A stretch of 63,715 nt of DNA, counting the filler, from Nemertoderma westbladi (Eukaryota; Animalia; Xenacoelomorpha), in assembly GCA_032718475.1 (NCBI GenBank). It is 4 parts of 4 records of this genome, joined end to end, with 100 filler letters (N's around TTAATTAATTAA, not from the genome) between each part and the next. Parts side by side here need not be neighbours in the genome. Positions count along the whole stretch, not along the records: positions 18,753 to 38,101 come from JAUCBJ010007960.1; positions 38,202 to 56,391 come from JAUCBJ010004170.1; 2 more parts are not named here. One strand, 5' to 3'. Below are positions 35,030 to 46,406 of the stretch, piece by piece. Each line of letters starts with the position of its first letter. The stretch's first letter is position 1. Position numbers and translations under genes: made by a program. The notes beneath the pieces are model-generated. The model was not told the origin of the DNA. It saw nothing but the letters and a program-made list of their open reading frames with translations, and ran no database searches.

Positions 35030-35884
35030 ACTCGTAAATGAGAACCCGAACTCGTAGATGAGAACACGAACTCGTAGATGAGAACACGAACTCGTAGATG
35101 AGAACCCGAACTCGTAGATGAGAACCCGAGCTCGTAGATGAGACCCCGAACTCGTAGAAGCGAACCCGAACTCGTAGATGAGAACCCAAACTCGTGATGA
35201 GAACCCGAACTCGCAGATGAGAACCCGAACTCGTAGATGAGAACCCGAACTCGTAGATGAGAACCCGAACTCGTAGATGAGAACCCGAGCTCGTAGATGA
35301 GACCCCGAACTCGTAGAAGCGAACCCGAACTCGTAGATGAGAACCCAAACTCGTGATGAGAACCCGAACTCGCAGATGAGAACCCGAACTCGTAGATGAG
35401 AACACGAACTCGTAGATGAGAATCCGACCTCGTACTGTCGTAGATGAGACCCGAACTCGTTGATGCGAACCCGAACTCGTAGATGAGAACCCGAACTCGT
35501 AGATGAGAACCCGAGCTCGTAGATGAGACCCCGAACTCGTAGAAGCGAACCCGAACTCGTAGATGAGAACCCAAACTCGTGATGAGAACCCGAACTCGCA
35601 GATGAGAACCCGAACTCGTAGATGAGAACACGAACTCGTAGATGAGAACACGAACTCGTAGATGAGAATCCGAACTCGTACTGTCGTAGATGAGACCCGA
35701 ACTCGTTGATGCGAACCTGGCACCCGAACTCGTAGATGAGAACCCGAACTCGTAGATGAGAACCCGAGCTCGTAGAAGAGAACCCGAACTCGTAGAAGGG
35801 AACCCGAACTCGTAGATGAGAACCCGAACTCGTGATGAGAACCCGAACTCGCAGATGAGACCCGAACTCGCAGATGAGAACCCG
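35030..35884. repeat. 20-bp satellite GAACTCGTAGATGAGAACCC inside the Penelope 5' region
   Basis: About 40 units, with recurring variant blocks. Confidence 0.95.
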
Positions 35885-36166
35885 TACTTGTTGGCGAGGA
35901 ACAGCCGAGAAACTGATGCCAGTAACTGAGTAAACCGAGATCTGTGGCGTGCAGACTGACCGAGAAACTCGATACGACAGGGACCGACTGGGGTGCTCAA
36001 AGACCACAACCCACATACAAACGCCAGCCAATCAAATCAGTCGTTTGCAAGTTCGCAAGTTTGAGGTGCTGCTTCCCAGTGGTTAGACGGATACACTTCT
36101 ACCTTGTTTCACTTTACCGTCCCGTCTCCCTTGGGAACTTCTATCTATTGTCTCCTTTCTAGCACT

Positions 36167-36264
36167 AGCTACTTGAGAAAGCCCCCATTGGGGCGAAACC
36201 TACTGATCAGCTGACAGCCGTCAGCTGATTACTGATTGCATGCAACGTCTAATGGTCAGTTGCT
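36167..36264 (+). ncRNA. Candidate atypical hammerhead ribozyme in the inverted pLTR
   Basis: AGCTAC-TTGAGAAA-GCCCC(CATT)GGGGC-GAAA-CC...GGTCA-GTTGCT: U3-A8 core variant, clean stem II, long structured stem III insert. Confidence 0.55.
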
Positions 36265-36356
36265 TTTTTATTTTAGTATTTGTATCGTACTGTACTGGCA
36301 TACCTACCGGTAAGGTTTTTTACTTCAGCTTGACAATTAAAGAATAAAATACTTAC

Positions 36357-36451
36357 TGTAATAGTTCCGTTTCCATCAAAGAGACAACACAAATGACGAA
36401 TTTTGGCTTCCCCAAGATTCCACTCCAGTTGAACGCATTTTGTTTCCAAAT
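36357..36451 (-). CDS. Host gene internal exon (95 nt)
   Basis: ttttcgcag acceptor, GTAAGT donor. Reads (D)LETKCVQLEWNLGEAKIRHLCCLFDGNGTIT, phase 1/0. Confidence 0.78.
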
Positions 36452-37143
36452 CTGCGAAAAGAAACTTATCATTTTAAGGAATATTATATCTTACTACTGG
36501 ACATTCCACATATTTATCCAATATAATAGTGGGGCAAGCGACGAAATAAACGTACCTATGAAATTAAACCAAATTTGGTATACAGACTACATGTGATGTA
36601 GTCTGTCGAAAATCTGAAATATAGTTTGCGTGGGAGGATTCAGCAGTTCTGCAGATCCCCGATAGACCGCATCCAGCAACGCTTGAAGTGGTGGTTACTT
36701 ACTTTGTCTGCCCCCATAGAGATTATGTTATTCACTTCTCACAGAGAGTGGACTACTGTACGCCCCACCCACTTATAATATAATCGAGTAGGCCTACACT
36801 AATATTCGTCCCATTAAATTAGAGGGCCTGCTGGCCGAGCAGGTTTCCTGACCGTAAATAATGCAGTAGGATTTTCCATCGATCCATTTAATATGTTGGT
36901 CATCTAATTAAAATAAATGGATATACAATTTGCTTTTGTATATTTAATTATTTTAAATGTTCATCACCATTGCACATGTATACACAACGTGTAATGGCGA
37001 GTGATTGTTCAATATTATAGGCATATGGTGTTTGATCTGTTTTGAGTTGCCTATTTCACCCATTCTGCGATCGTGATTGATCGAAAATCGCTGAATTCTT
37101 AGACTGTGGTTTTTGTGTTTCTTTTCTACTAAACAGAACTCAC

Positions 37144-37291
37144 CGCTTTCATCAGGACCGGGCCATGATCGATCCACTGTCTGCACGGTTAGAGTATTCA
37201 AGACGCCTCCCGTAAACAGGTTTTGGCCACCGGCAGCTGCTTGACCACTAATCCTCACGTCTCTAAATACAACAACCATCCTGTCTGTAGC
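37144..37291 (-). CDS. Host gene internal exon (148 nt); upstream exons not located
   Basis: tttttag acceptor, GTGAGT donor. Reads ATDRMVVVFRDVRISG...GPDES, phase 0/1, matching the next exon. Confidence 0.72.
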
Positions 37292-38101
37292 CTAAAAATT
37301 AATAATGGTGGTTTCAGTCCCTCCTACTGTCCTACCAGCAACAAGAGAATAATAAGGTGGCCTATTGGATGGGTCTAGGACAAAATGTACCCAGACAAAT
37401 GGAAACCTTATTTATTGTTTTGGGTAATAGGAACAATTACGTCCGGATACATATAAAATAATGTCATGTTATTGCAAATCATTGTTTAATAACTTTGGTT
37501 AACCATGGAATACTAAATATAGATTATTAATGTTCATTATAATTGTACATTTTAAGCAAAATTCTTATAGCCCTTCTATGCAAAATACGAAATAACACTA
37601 GTATGGTTCCGTCTATATTTAGTATTCAATGGGTTAACCTGCAACTCATACGTACATTAATAACACGGGAATAAAATAGAAACAGTAATAAAATGGAGGT
37701 TGAAATTATATTGTTATATCTTTTAGTTAATAGGAGATTAAAAACACGTTCGTGGGGCCTTCACGCAGCACGAGGCTCAGTCATCAGATACAGATTAAAT
37801 TTGAGCAATTCTATCCCAAAATCGGTAATTAAGAAATTTAACCAAACCGCCAATAAGAATAAATGATACTTAAAGGTCGCACGCGACATACTGACTAACA
37901 GGGGGCTTGTTGCACTGTATATATATAAAAAATTAACAGGTAAATAATAGAGTCTACCACCCCAAAAAACTAACAAAAAAAACAATAGTAATAAATAAAT
38001 AATACAGTAAAATAAAAAAATAAATTCACAATTAATATAATTATTATAACATATAAATATATATATTAATGTATGTTATAATTATAATTATAATATAATA
38101 T

Positions 38102-38201
38102 NNNNNNNNNNNNNNNNNNNNNNNNNNNNNNNNNNNNNNNNNNNNTTAATTAATTAANNNNNNNNNNNNNNNNNNNNNNNNNNNNNNNNNNNNNNNNNNN
38201 N
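38102..38201. other. Assembly gap spacer
   Basis: N44-TTAATTAATTAA-N44. Confidence 0.98.
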
Positions 38202-38269
38202 CTGATTTAATATCTAGAAGACATCTTAATTTGGTGGGTTAAACTGCCAAAGGTCTGAAAGCGCGAACA
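38202..38269 (+). repeat. Inner end of an LTR-like terminal repeat, inverted relative to 45236-46406
   Basis: CTAGAAGACAT...TTTGGTGGGTTAAACTGCCAAAGGTCTGAAAGCGCGAACA is approximately the reverse complement of 45236-45303. Confidence 0.85.
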
Positions 38270-38429
38270 CTAATATATTGCACTAATCTACTAAATAATC
38301 GCTAAATAACATTTGACTAAATAAAATTAAAGAAAACGATTATAATAAAATTACATAATAATACATACATAATATAAAATAATAAAATAAATATAAAATA
38401 ATATAGTCAAACACCCACTCCGTATGTTG

Positions 38430-41400
38430 TTACGTTATGGAGTCCCTAGATATTTGTTGGATTAGGGAGGTGGTCGTGGGAAGAGTATCTTGCCTTCCAT
38501 AGTTTCCGGACAGTTTTCGGTCTCTTTCCAGTAAACATGAACGACCAGCTGGGCGATTGAGTGGTTGTGTTACTTTCTCCGCTCCCTTGGCCTGTCTAAT
38601 CTTAGCCGGGGTAAGATGAGGAGGCCATTCATCTTCTTTACTTAGGAAGTCGGGTCCACTTAACCGGTCTGGAGTATCTGTAAGTTCTTGAGGAGTTGCT
38701 CCTCTGGAAGCGATGTCGGCTAGATTGATCGTCTCGGGGCAATGTCTCCATTGATCTACATTGGAGTTGATGTCGTCATTATCTGAGGAGTATGGTGTTC
38801 CCTCAGTTGGGTCGTCAACTTCACTGCTCTCCACTTCCCGTTCACTTAATTGATATACCTGTTCTTTTGGTAATCTTTCCATAAGAGTTCTACGAGAAGG
38901 GCCAGTAAAGTACCAACCTACTCTAGTTCTTCCCGCATAGACTTGTAGTGGTTGCGGTTGAGCAGGCCGTTTCTCCAATGTCTCGAGCGCTTCATGCGCA
39001 TTTTGACCGATGAGTATTTGCACTCCAGGGTAATCGGTGTTGAATCTAGGTATTTCCAGCTGCTGGGTGAAATCGTCCTCATCCCAGTTATAAGGTTCCA
39101 CTTGGGTGGTAGCGAAGTTCTTTATCGCCACCATTTTTACTGACCTTATGCTATGTTCTCCTAGTTCATCCTGGGGGGTGGACAACGCACCTACATAATA
39201 ATCCGCTATTACTGTAGATTTCCAAACCTGCATAATTCCTGACATGTTTAGCTTAGTTCGGAACTTGGGTTGTCCAGCAAAGATGTCTTCGGCTAGTTCT
39301 TTGTCGATGAATGTTCCTGTACTACCGGAGTCAAGGAGGGCGTTCACTACATAACTCCTTTTAGGTCCGTGGACCCTTACCTGTACTACAGGAAATTCTC
39401 GGATTCCTACATTGGAAGTTGGCGCTTTCCAAGATGGTTGTCGATCAGAAGTAGTTAGGGTGAGGTCGCTGTCTGTATCTTTTTCATACGTGAGTGCTCG
39501 ATACACTGCGGTATTTATCATGTAACAGGATTCGTTTTCGTCGGAGAACTCGTCCGTATAGAATCCTTCCATCTCAGATTGATCAGTGTCGTTCACATCA
39601 CTGAATTGGACATGTAGTTCGGACTCACTTACCTGACTTGGGCTGTTTCGTTCGAATTCCGTGTGCAACAAGATATGATGTTTTGCGCCGCACTTTGCAC
39701 ACCTTGCGTCGGAGTAACAGGTTCGCCGTTGGTGTCCTCGTCTGAGGCAATTATAACACAACCGCTTATCCCACATGACTTCACGTCTATCCTTTAATGA
39801 TTTCTTTAGGAATTTATCACACATATTCAAACGGTGGGGCCCATCGCACAGCACACATTTTGGTTTGATATTACTTACCTTACTTTGAGTAACGTTGTGC
39901 ACACTCGTTCTTTCTTCGGGCTTTCTTACTTGAATTCTCTTAGGAGACGTAGGAGGAGTTTTTCTTACTTGTTCTCTCCTGTCATTGGTTCGAGACTTGA
40001 ATTTACTTACGTCCTTAGTCGCTTTGTTGTCATAGTAAGATCTTTCAGTGTCTTTCCCGCTGTCTTCCTCTTGAGAAGCCTGGCTTTCGCCGTCGTCTGT
40101 ATAACACACTGGTATTACCCTTCTCCTAGAAACGGGTTTCTCAGTTACCTTGTTTTCCGGTGTCTTCTCTCTGGACTGCCTTAGGAGCTGTAATTTCACT
40201 TCTCCATCTAAGAATGACATGAGATTAGCCATGGTAGGGTCTCGTCGTTGTTGTTCCATCATATATAACACTTTCTTGTCCCAGCGTGTACCTACTCCAC
40301 CCTTCGGTAAAGTAGAAGCCACTGCTCTAATAACCATAGCACTCTGATACTCATGAGACTTACCTAGCCAATCTAATTGTCTGCAGATCTCCTGAATCTC
40401 ATCGGAAAACTCTATAATCCCGCTGCTAATAAACTTTCGGGGCGCTACCAACTTTGCATACAAATACCCAGCTATGTTATTCCTATTACCATACCTGATG
40501 TTTAGTGTATCCCAAACTTGTCTTAATCCGTCTGGATGTCCAATAAACTTTAACGCCATTAACTTGGGAGATCCTTCCAAGCACTCGATGAGGAATCTAA
40601 GTTTCTCTCCATTAGATAGTACAGAGTTCTGTATGTTATCTTAATAATATTCATTGAAAGGTAACCATTTCATCTCATCTCCATTGAACTTGACGATCTC
40701 TCCCACCTTTACCGCTTGACGTGCTTCGGTTCTAGCCATTTGACGCGTAAAACTTTCTTGGGCCATCGTGTTATTTAATATCGAGTTATCGGTATATAAA
40801 TTTATCGGATTATGATCAGGTCTATAGGGAATATCATTATCAACAGGTCTATAATTACCCTTAATAGGGTTCACTATAGGAGTTTCTACTTCGCTAGCAG
40901 TATATATGCGTGTAGGCTCCACACCTTGCGCATGAGATACTTCAGACCTAACAGGTTGACACATTGTTACAGGGGGTGGTGGTATACCCTTTTGTGTATT
41001 TACTAATTTATCGCGTTCTAGCGCGATACTTTGCTGCACTTCTTGCAACTCTAACCTACTTTCCCTTACTGTGCCCTTGAATTGCTGAACGGTCTCCTGC
41101 ATCTGCCCGAGCAGGAGATCCATCCCCCGTCGTCTCTCATCCACCCACTCGACCGCCGAAGCGGGAGCCGCCAACGTTGTAGCGGGCCGACGAGGGACAA
41201 CGGGCGACAAATCATTAATATTTCGCTCGGAGTCCAGGACATGAACATTTTCAAGGGTGGTTCTGTGGGGCACAGATAGCTTAGTGCTGTGCAGAGGGAA
41301 TTAAGAGGTAGGTTCAGGGAGTACAGGTGTCTCTACCACCGAAGGGGTGGCTTCGGGAACAGGCCTAATTATTTCAGGCTCATCTACTATAGTAGGGAGT

Positions 41401-43049
41401 CTTTCTATTTTAATTATTTGGTCTGTGGGTTCTGTACTACCTAAGTTTGTGTTATTTAGTTGCCTTCTAACAGCTGGAGGCAAATCAGGCAATTTCTGAC
41501 GGTGGGATGTTCTTCTACGTCTGCTTAGACGAGATCTATTTCCTTTGCCTTCAGTATCGGTGGTATCGCCTTCCTCAGATGATGTATATCCCTGTCTTTT
41601 GGGAGTAGATCGATTCATCATCTGCATATTACTAGCTGTTAACTGTTTATTTATGCAGTCTTGATTCTCCTGAATGTTTTCCAATTCTAATTGGGTGGTT
41701 TCTTCAGCCGCTCTCCGTTCTGCTTCTGCCACTGCCTCTGCCGCTTTTCTTTCCGCTTCAGCCGCTGCCACTGCCGCCTTTCTTTCTGCTTCTGCCGCTG
41801 CCACTGCTGCTGCCACTGCCGCTGTCTTTCTGTCTTCTATACGTTTTTTCTTCACTTGTTCTTCTTGGACTCTAGTGATGCGGAGTTGTTCATCAAATTT
41901 AGCTTGGTTCGCAGCTAACATTTCCGCATCAATTGCGTCCAACACAAGCTTGGTTCCTTCACTATTAGGGCGAAGTCCAGCCAGTCTTCTCCTCAACTCT
42001 TCGTCTCCTAGGAATCGCTGATAGTCGGACAGATAAATGTCAATAGCGTCTCTAGTTCGCGGCTTCTCTGCTGCTGTTACTTCGCTTTCCACTTCGCTTT
42101 CCACTTGAGAAAAGGTGGCGTCGGTTGATTCTTCATAGTGGATGGGGCGCTTAGCCAACTGAGCTTTCCACTTGGCTGTTTCTTGAACCTTGAGGCTCAC
42201 CCGCTGGAACCAAGTCTTGACAGCAACTTGCAACGATGTGTCCTGTTTTCTTTTGGATGTTTCCTCAAAAGCCGATAGGATTAGTCTAATGCGTAGAGTT
42301 CTTTCGCATACTTGATAAAGCAGCATTTCCTGCTCTTGAGGTCCTTGGGGTTGTTGAAACAGTTGTTTTTCTAATCGCTCCATGGAGCTGAAGAATCCCT
42401 GTACGTATCCGGCTGCGGACCTCTTCCACACAGCTGTATCGATGGTTTCCTTGGTTACTCCCATCCTGTGTATATCTTCCCAGGCAGCTTCTGATAAATC
42501 AAACGGGAGTCCGGGTCCGGGGAAGTTCCATTGCGACTCGACAATAGACTTCAGTTCTTCCCTTGTGTATCCCGCATAACTATCTTTAGTCGATCGCTTA
42601 CTTCTCGCCCAATCGATCTGGTGTTCTTCCACCGCAATCAATAACCTAGTGAGTACGGCTGCAGGAAGGATGAGAAAGGGATCCGAATAAACCGCATCCG
42701 TCATCTTTGCTCCGCGCTTGGGTGTCAGCTCTACAGTATCCTCACTACTGGAGCCGTCGGGCCGTTGAGAAATAAGTTCTTGGCTCGCGGGTTGTTGCAG
42801 TTCCGCTGCTTCTTGGTCCCGCTTGACCTGAGCTCGAGTGCCTATGATAGACCTACGATGTTGGACTAGCCTAGGGTCTGATATTACTACTGTAGGGAGG
42901 GCCTTTCTTACAGTAGGAGGGGACTTAGACTTTGGTCTGGGATGTTCTATACTTTGATCTTGGTCACAGATCTTTTTAAGACACTGTCTAACAGTCATTC
43001 TAACACTTTCTATGAGACTATCTGACAGTGTTTGTTGTGAGTCAGACAT
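38430..43049 (-). pseudogene. BEL/Pao-type gag-protease polyprotein in one frame (1540 codons, two in-frame TAA), with RT, most of RNase H and integrase absent
   Basis: ORFs 41301..43049, 40641..41273 and 38430..40580 share one frame. Gag core KFNGDEMKWLPF...LSNGEKLRFLIECLEG. Triple Cys/His knuckles CVLC/CYNC/CAKC. Protease ALLDSGS. RNase H tail QWRHCPETINLADIASRG. Confidence 0.88.
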
Positions 43050-44382
43050 GTTTGATTGTACAGTTGAATGCCTACTGCTATATTACAGCTAAAGCAAGTC
43101 TAGTAATTCAGTATCACTGTTAGCCTAGTAATTAATTACCGATACTGCTACTTAGTGTAGCGTGATATATGTATAATATATTAGAATACCGGTATGCTTA
43201 TAGTATATATATAAGTATTATTACAGACTAGGTTTGTCACAGGATACCGGTATGTAATTCCAGCACAAATATATATAAATATATAATAGGCCTCGTGAAT
43301 ACCGGTATGCAGCTTACACTTATAGTGTATATAAGTATAATTATGAACTAGAATTAATTACAGAATACCGGTATAATTTCAGCCTAAATTTATATAAATA
43401 AATATAATAAGCTTATCGTGAATACCGGTATGTCAATTATTTTGGAATAATTGAATTTCTGAATTTTTAGGGGTTACTTGGTTACTTTACTTACTTTACT
43501 ACCGTTATTTGAGCAGTAGTCCAACTGATATTGAGACCTAATTGTTGTATGGCAGGCCTACTATTTATAAATCGTTTGAGTTGATTTATAATATATATAT
43601 ACCCGTTTAATGGGTTTTGTCAATATTTGAAATAAATGTTATTATTTCTGGGGGGAGTCACTACACAGAAGCTGTGCGCTCTCAGTGAAGTGCTACTTGT
43701 TGGACACTAAAACAAATAATTATAATTTACCTAAGTTACTTAATACTACAAATTACGTACAATTCGGGGTGAGATTACAATCTCTAAATAAACACAAAAA
43801 TTACAAGTACGAATTTTTAGGGTAATTTTACAAGAAGTCTACTAACCAGCCTAACAAAGGGTTAGAATATCTGGTTATTACAAAGGACAGGTTACTACGG
43901 TATTTGAAAATAATAAGTAGTAGTAAATATACTGCGTTGTCCAGATAGAAAAATACCACCGTCTGACGACTTATAGCCGTATCGCTATAAGTACTACGTT
44001 ATGTATCACGGAGTGTTCCTACCTATAAGTTAATTACCGCGGTCTACCAGAACCAACGTGCCTATTAACCACTTTACAACACAAATATACTGCCTACACA
44101 CTAATTGCCTTCGGAAAGCACTGTACACTAAACCCTAAATTAGGTACAAGTACTTATACAACAAATAATCAGTAGTTAAAATACTTGAACAGCTAAAAGA
44201 ACCACGGTATCTGCCGGAGTGACCAAAGCACAAAATCTCCAGTCTTTACCTACGCCAGGCAGCCCTGATGTAGTACCGGGGTTAGTTTAACTATAACGGT
44301 ATGTATAACAAACACAATTACTGTAGGAATAAACTTGGGGATATGAATGTTGCGAATAATCGCATAAACTCTGAATAATAAA

Positions 44383-44955
44383 TATTACGCTACGCGTACA
44401 GACTACTCAAACAAAATGCAGACCAAATACTGACAGACTACTATCAAGCCTAAACAAACTACGGAATATGCAGACTCCGAAATGGTTAGTTAGTATGCGT
44501 TCTAACCTAGTAGTACGACTTATTCTTTCAGAGGGGGTTTACCTCACAGCACTGGAAGCCCCTACGTTCCCAACTGGCACTTTATCGGACATACACTCTA
44601 CACACACCGAAATTTCCTCAGACCTAACAACAGCCAGACAACTATCCAGCCTACAAATTATCTAAATAAGAATTATACGCTACCTGTACAGACTACACAA
44701 ACAAAGTACAGACCAAACGATGGCAGACTACTATCAAGCCTAAATAAACTACAGTATATGCAGACTCCGAAATGATTAGTTAGTATGCGTTCTAACCTAG
44801 TAGTACGACTTATTCTTTCAAAAGGGGGTTTACCTCACAGCACTTGAAGCCCCTACGTTCCTAACTAGCACTTTATCGGACAGATGCTCTACACACACTG
44901 CAATCCGTTCAGACTTAATAACAGTCAGACAACAGTCCGGCCTACAAATTATCTG
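44383..44955. repeat. ~290-bp tandem duplication in the element's 5' leader
   Basis: 44383-44665 is similar to 44675-44955; copy 1 has a single unit (~2503-2800). Confidence 0.85.
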
Positions 44956-45235
44956 TACGATCTGAGCAGGCTTACACGTCTTCTGCTCAATATTAACTTA
45001 CAGGTAAATAAAACTGACAGAAATAAGTAAACTATACAAAGGAATGAGGGGTGATCAATCCCTAATCCCCTAGCAGCCTACAATATACAATATCACAATC
45101 GAAATAGTACTGCTGTACCCGTACTGTAAGTAAGTACCGGTCCGGATAATCAGGCAGTCAGGCCTACTGGTTACCGGTCGACCGGTACTATCAACTTGAT
45201 TGCTTACGCCGCAATCAAGAAGCTATAACTGTTAC

Positions 45236-46406
45236 TGTTCGCGCTTTTAAGACCTTTGGCAGTTTAACCCGCCAAATCTATATGTCTTCTAGGTTATAAA
45301 TCGACTTTAGCCTATGACAAGTATTTGACACAAATAAATCCAACATTAGCCGAAGCCAGTCTATGCGCGACCATTCACCCGCTGGATATACCCGGGAGAC
45401 TGGATTCGGATGCTTTAATTTGATTGCGGTGCAGGCCTACCGTACTATTCGATTGATCGTTAATATAATTCCTGACAAATATCATTCACTTTCGGGAAAT
45501 ATTAGCAGTTCCTTTAGGACGTGGCGCTCTATCTATATAAACAGAGCTATGGCTTACACTAAACACAACGGAATGGATTATAAGTTACACATAAGGCGCA
45601 TTCTTTAGGAGATGCTTTGTTACGCGGACAAGCACATACAGACTATTGCACACCGCTGCACACTGAATTGCCGATAGTCACTGATTTTAATCATATATAA
45701 AGAGAATAGCAACCGACATTTGTAGGGCCTATAAAATAGCATTCAATTCACTACAAACCACGATAATATAAGTCGCAATTGCTATATGTAGCCGGTCTCT
45801 CTAACCTTAGTGTATCAAGAAGATCGGGGTTTCTGATCGTTTATAGTTATTCTCCAAATAACAATATGCAAACGAATGATACATTTAATAACAAACAGCA
45901 AATAGCAGTAAATAATGTGCAATACGTACCGTACCGTTATGTGTTCTTAGTGTCTCGTACCGCTGTACCGTGCCGGTAACAGTTATGTGTTCTTATAATT
46001 AAAGCCATTCTAATGTTGGAATAATTCAGAATAGTTCCATAGCCGATGTTCATGGCATCAGGAAAACCAACACACTGAACCCTGTGAGCTGTTGCAGGTA
46101 GCTTTCAACACAAAGGAAAAGCTCTCATTGGCAGAGTTCCAGTTTCTATAAGTTCCATGAATGTCTAAATGCCAAACCTCCCTAGCCTTTGCAGCCCATA
46201 GCCAACACAAGGCTAAATCGCTCTGATTGGTCGATCATTGTTCTGATTGGTTAATCGAACAGAACAAAGAGGCCATACGTACAGCAAATCAGCCAACCAA
46301 CGGGCAGATTGTGCCACTAGAAGCAACAGTTTAGAGGATTTGAGCGAATGGGGGAAAACTGGATTACAAATGGAAAAGGCCAGTTATATCCCCAAAAGCT
46401 TTTACA
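45236..46406 (-). repeat. LTR-like terminal repeat, copy B
   Basis: Homologous to 3148-4273; ends CAAAAGCTTTTACA; several CCAAT motifs at 46120-46300. Confidence 0.75.

Larger units (their letters stand above)
31948..36350 (-). mobile_element. Penelope-like element with inverted pLTRs and 13-bp TSD
   Basis: 297-bp inverted repeats at 31976-32272 and 36054-36350. 28-bp 3' extension at 31948-31975. TSD ACTTACTGTAATA at 31935-31947 and 36351-36363. Confidence 0.92.

Noticed and set aside
34922-36031. ORFs of 240-369 aa upstream of the Penelope ORF
   Set aside because: Translations of the 20-bp satellite.
40641-41303. Programmed readthrough at the two in-frame TAA codons
   Set aside because: One stop falls inside the conserved Gag core and copy 1 has its own stop elsewhere; nonsense decay is the simpler explanation.
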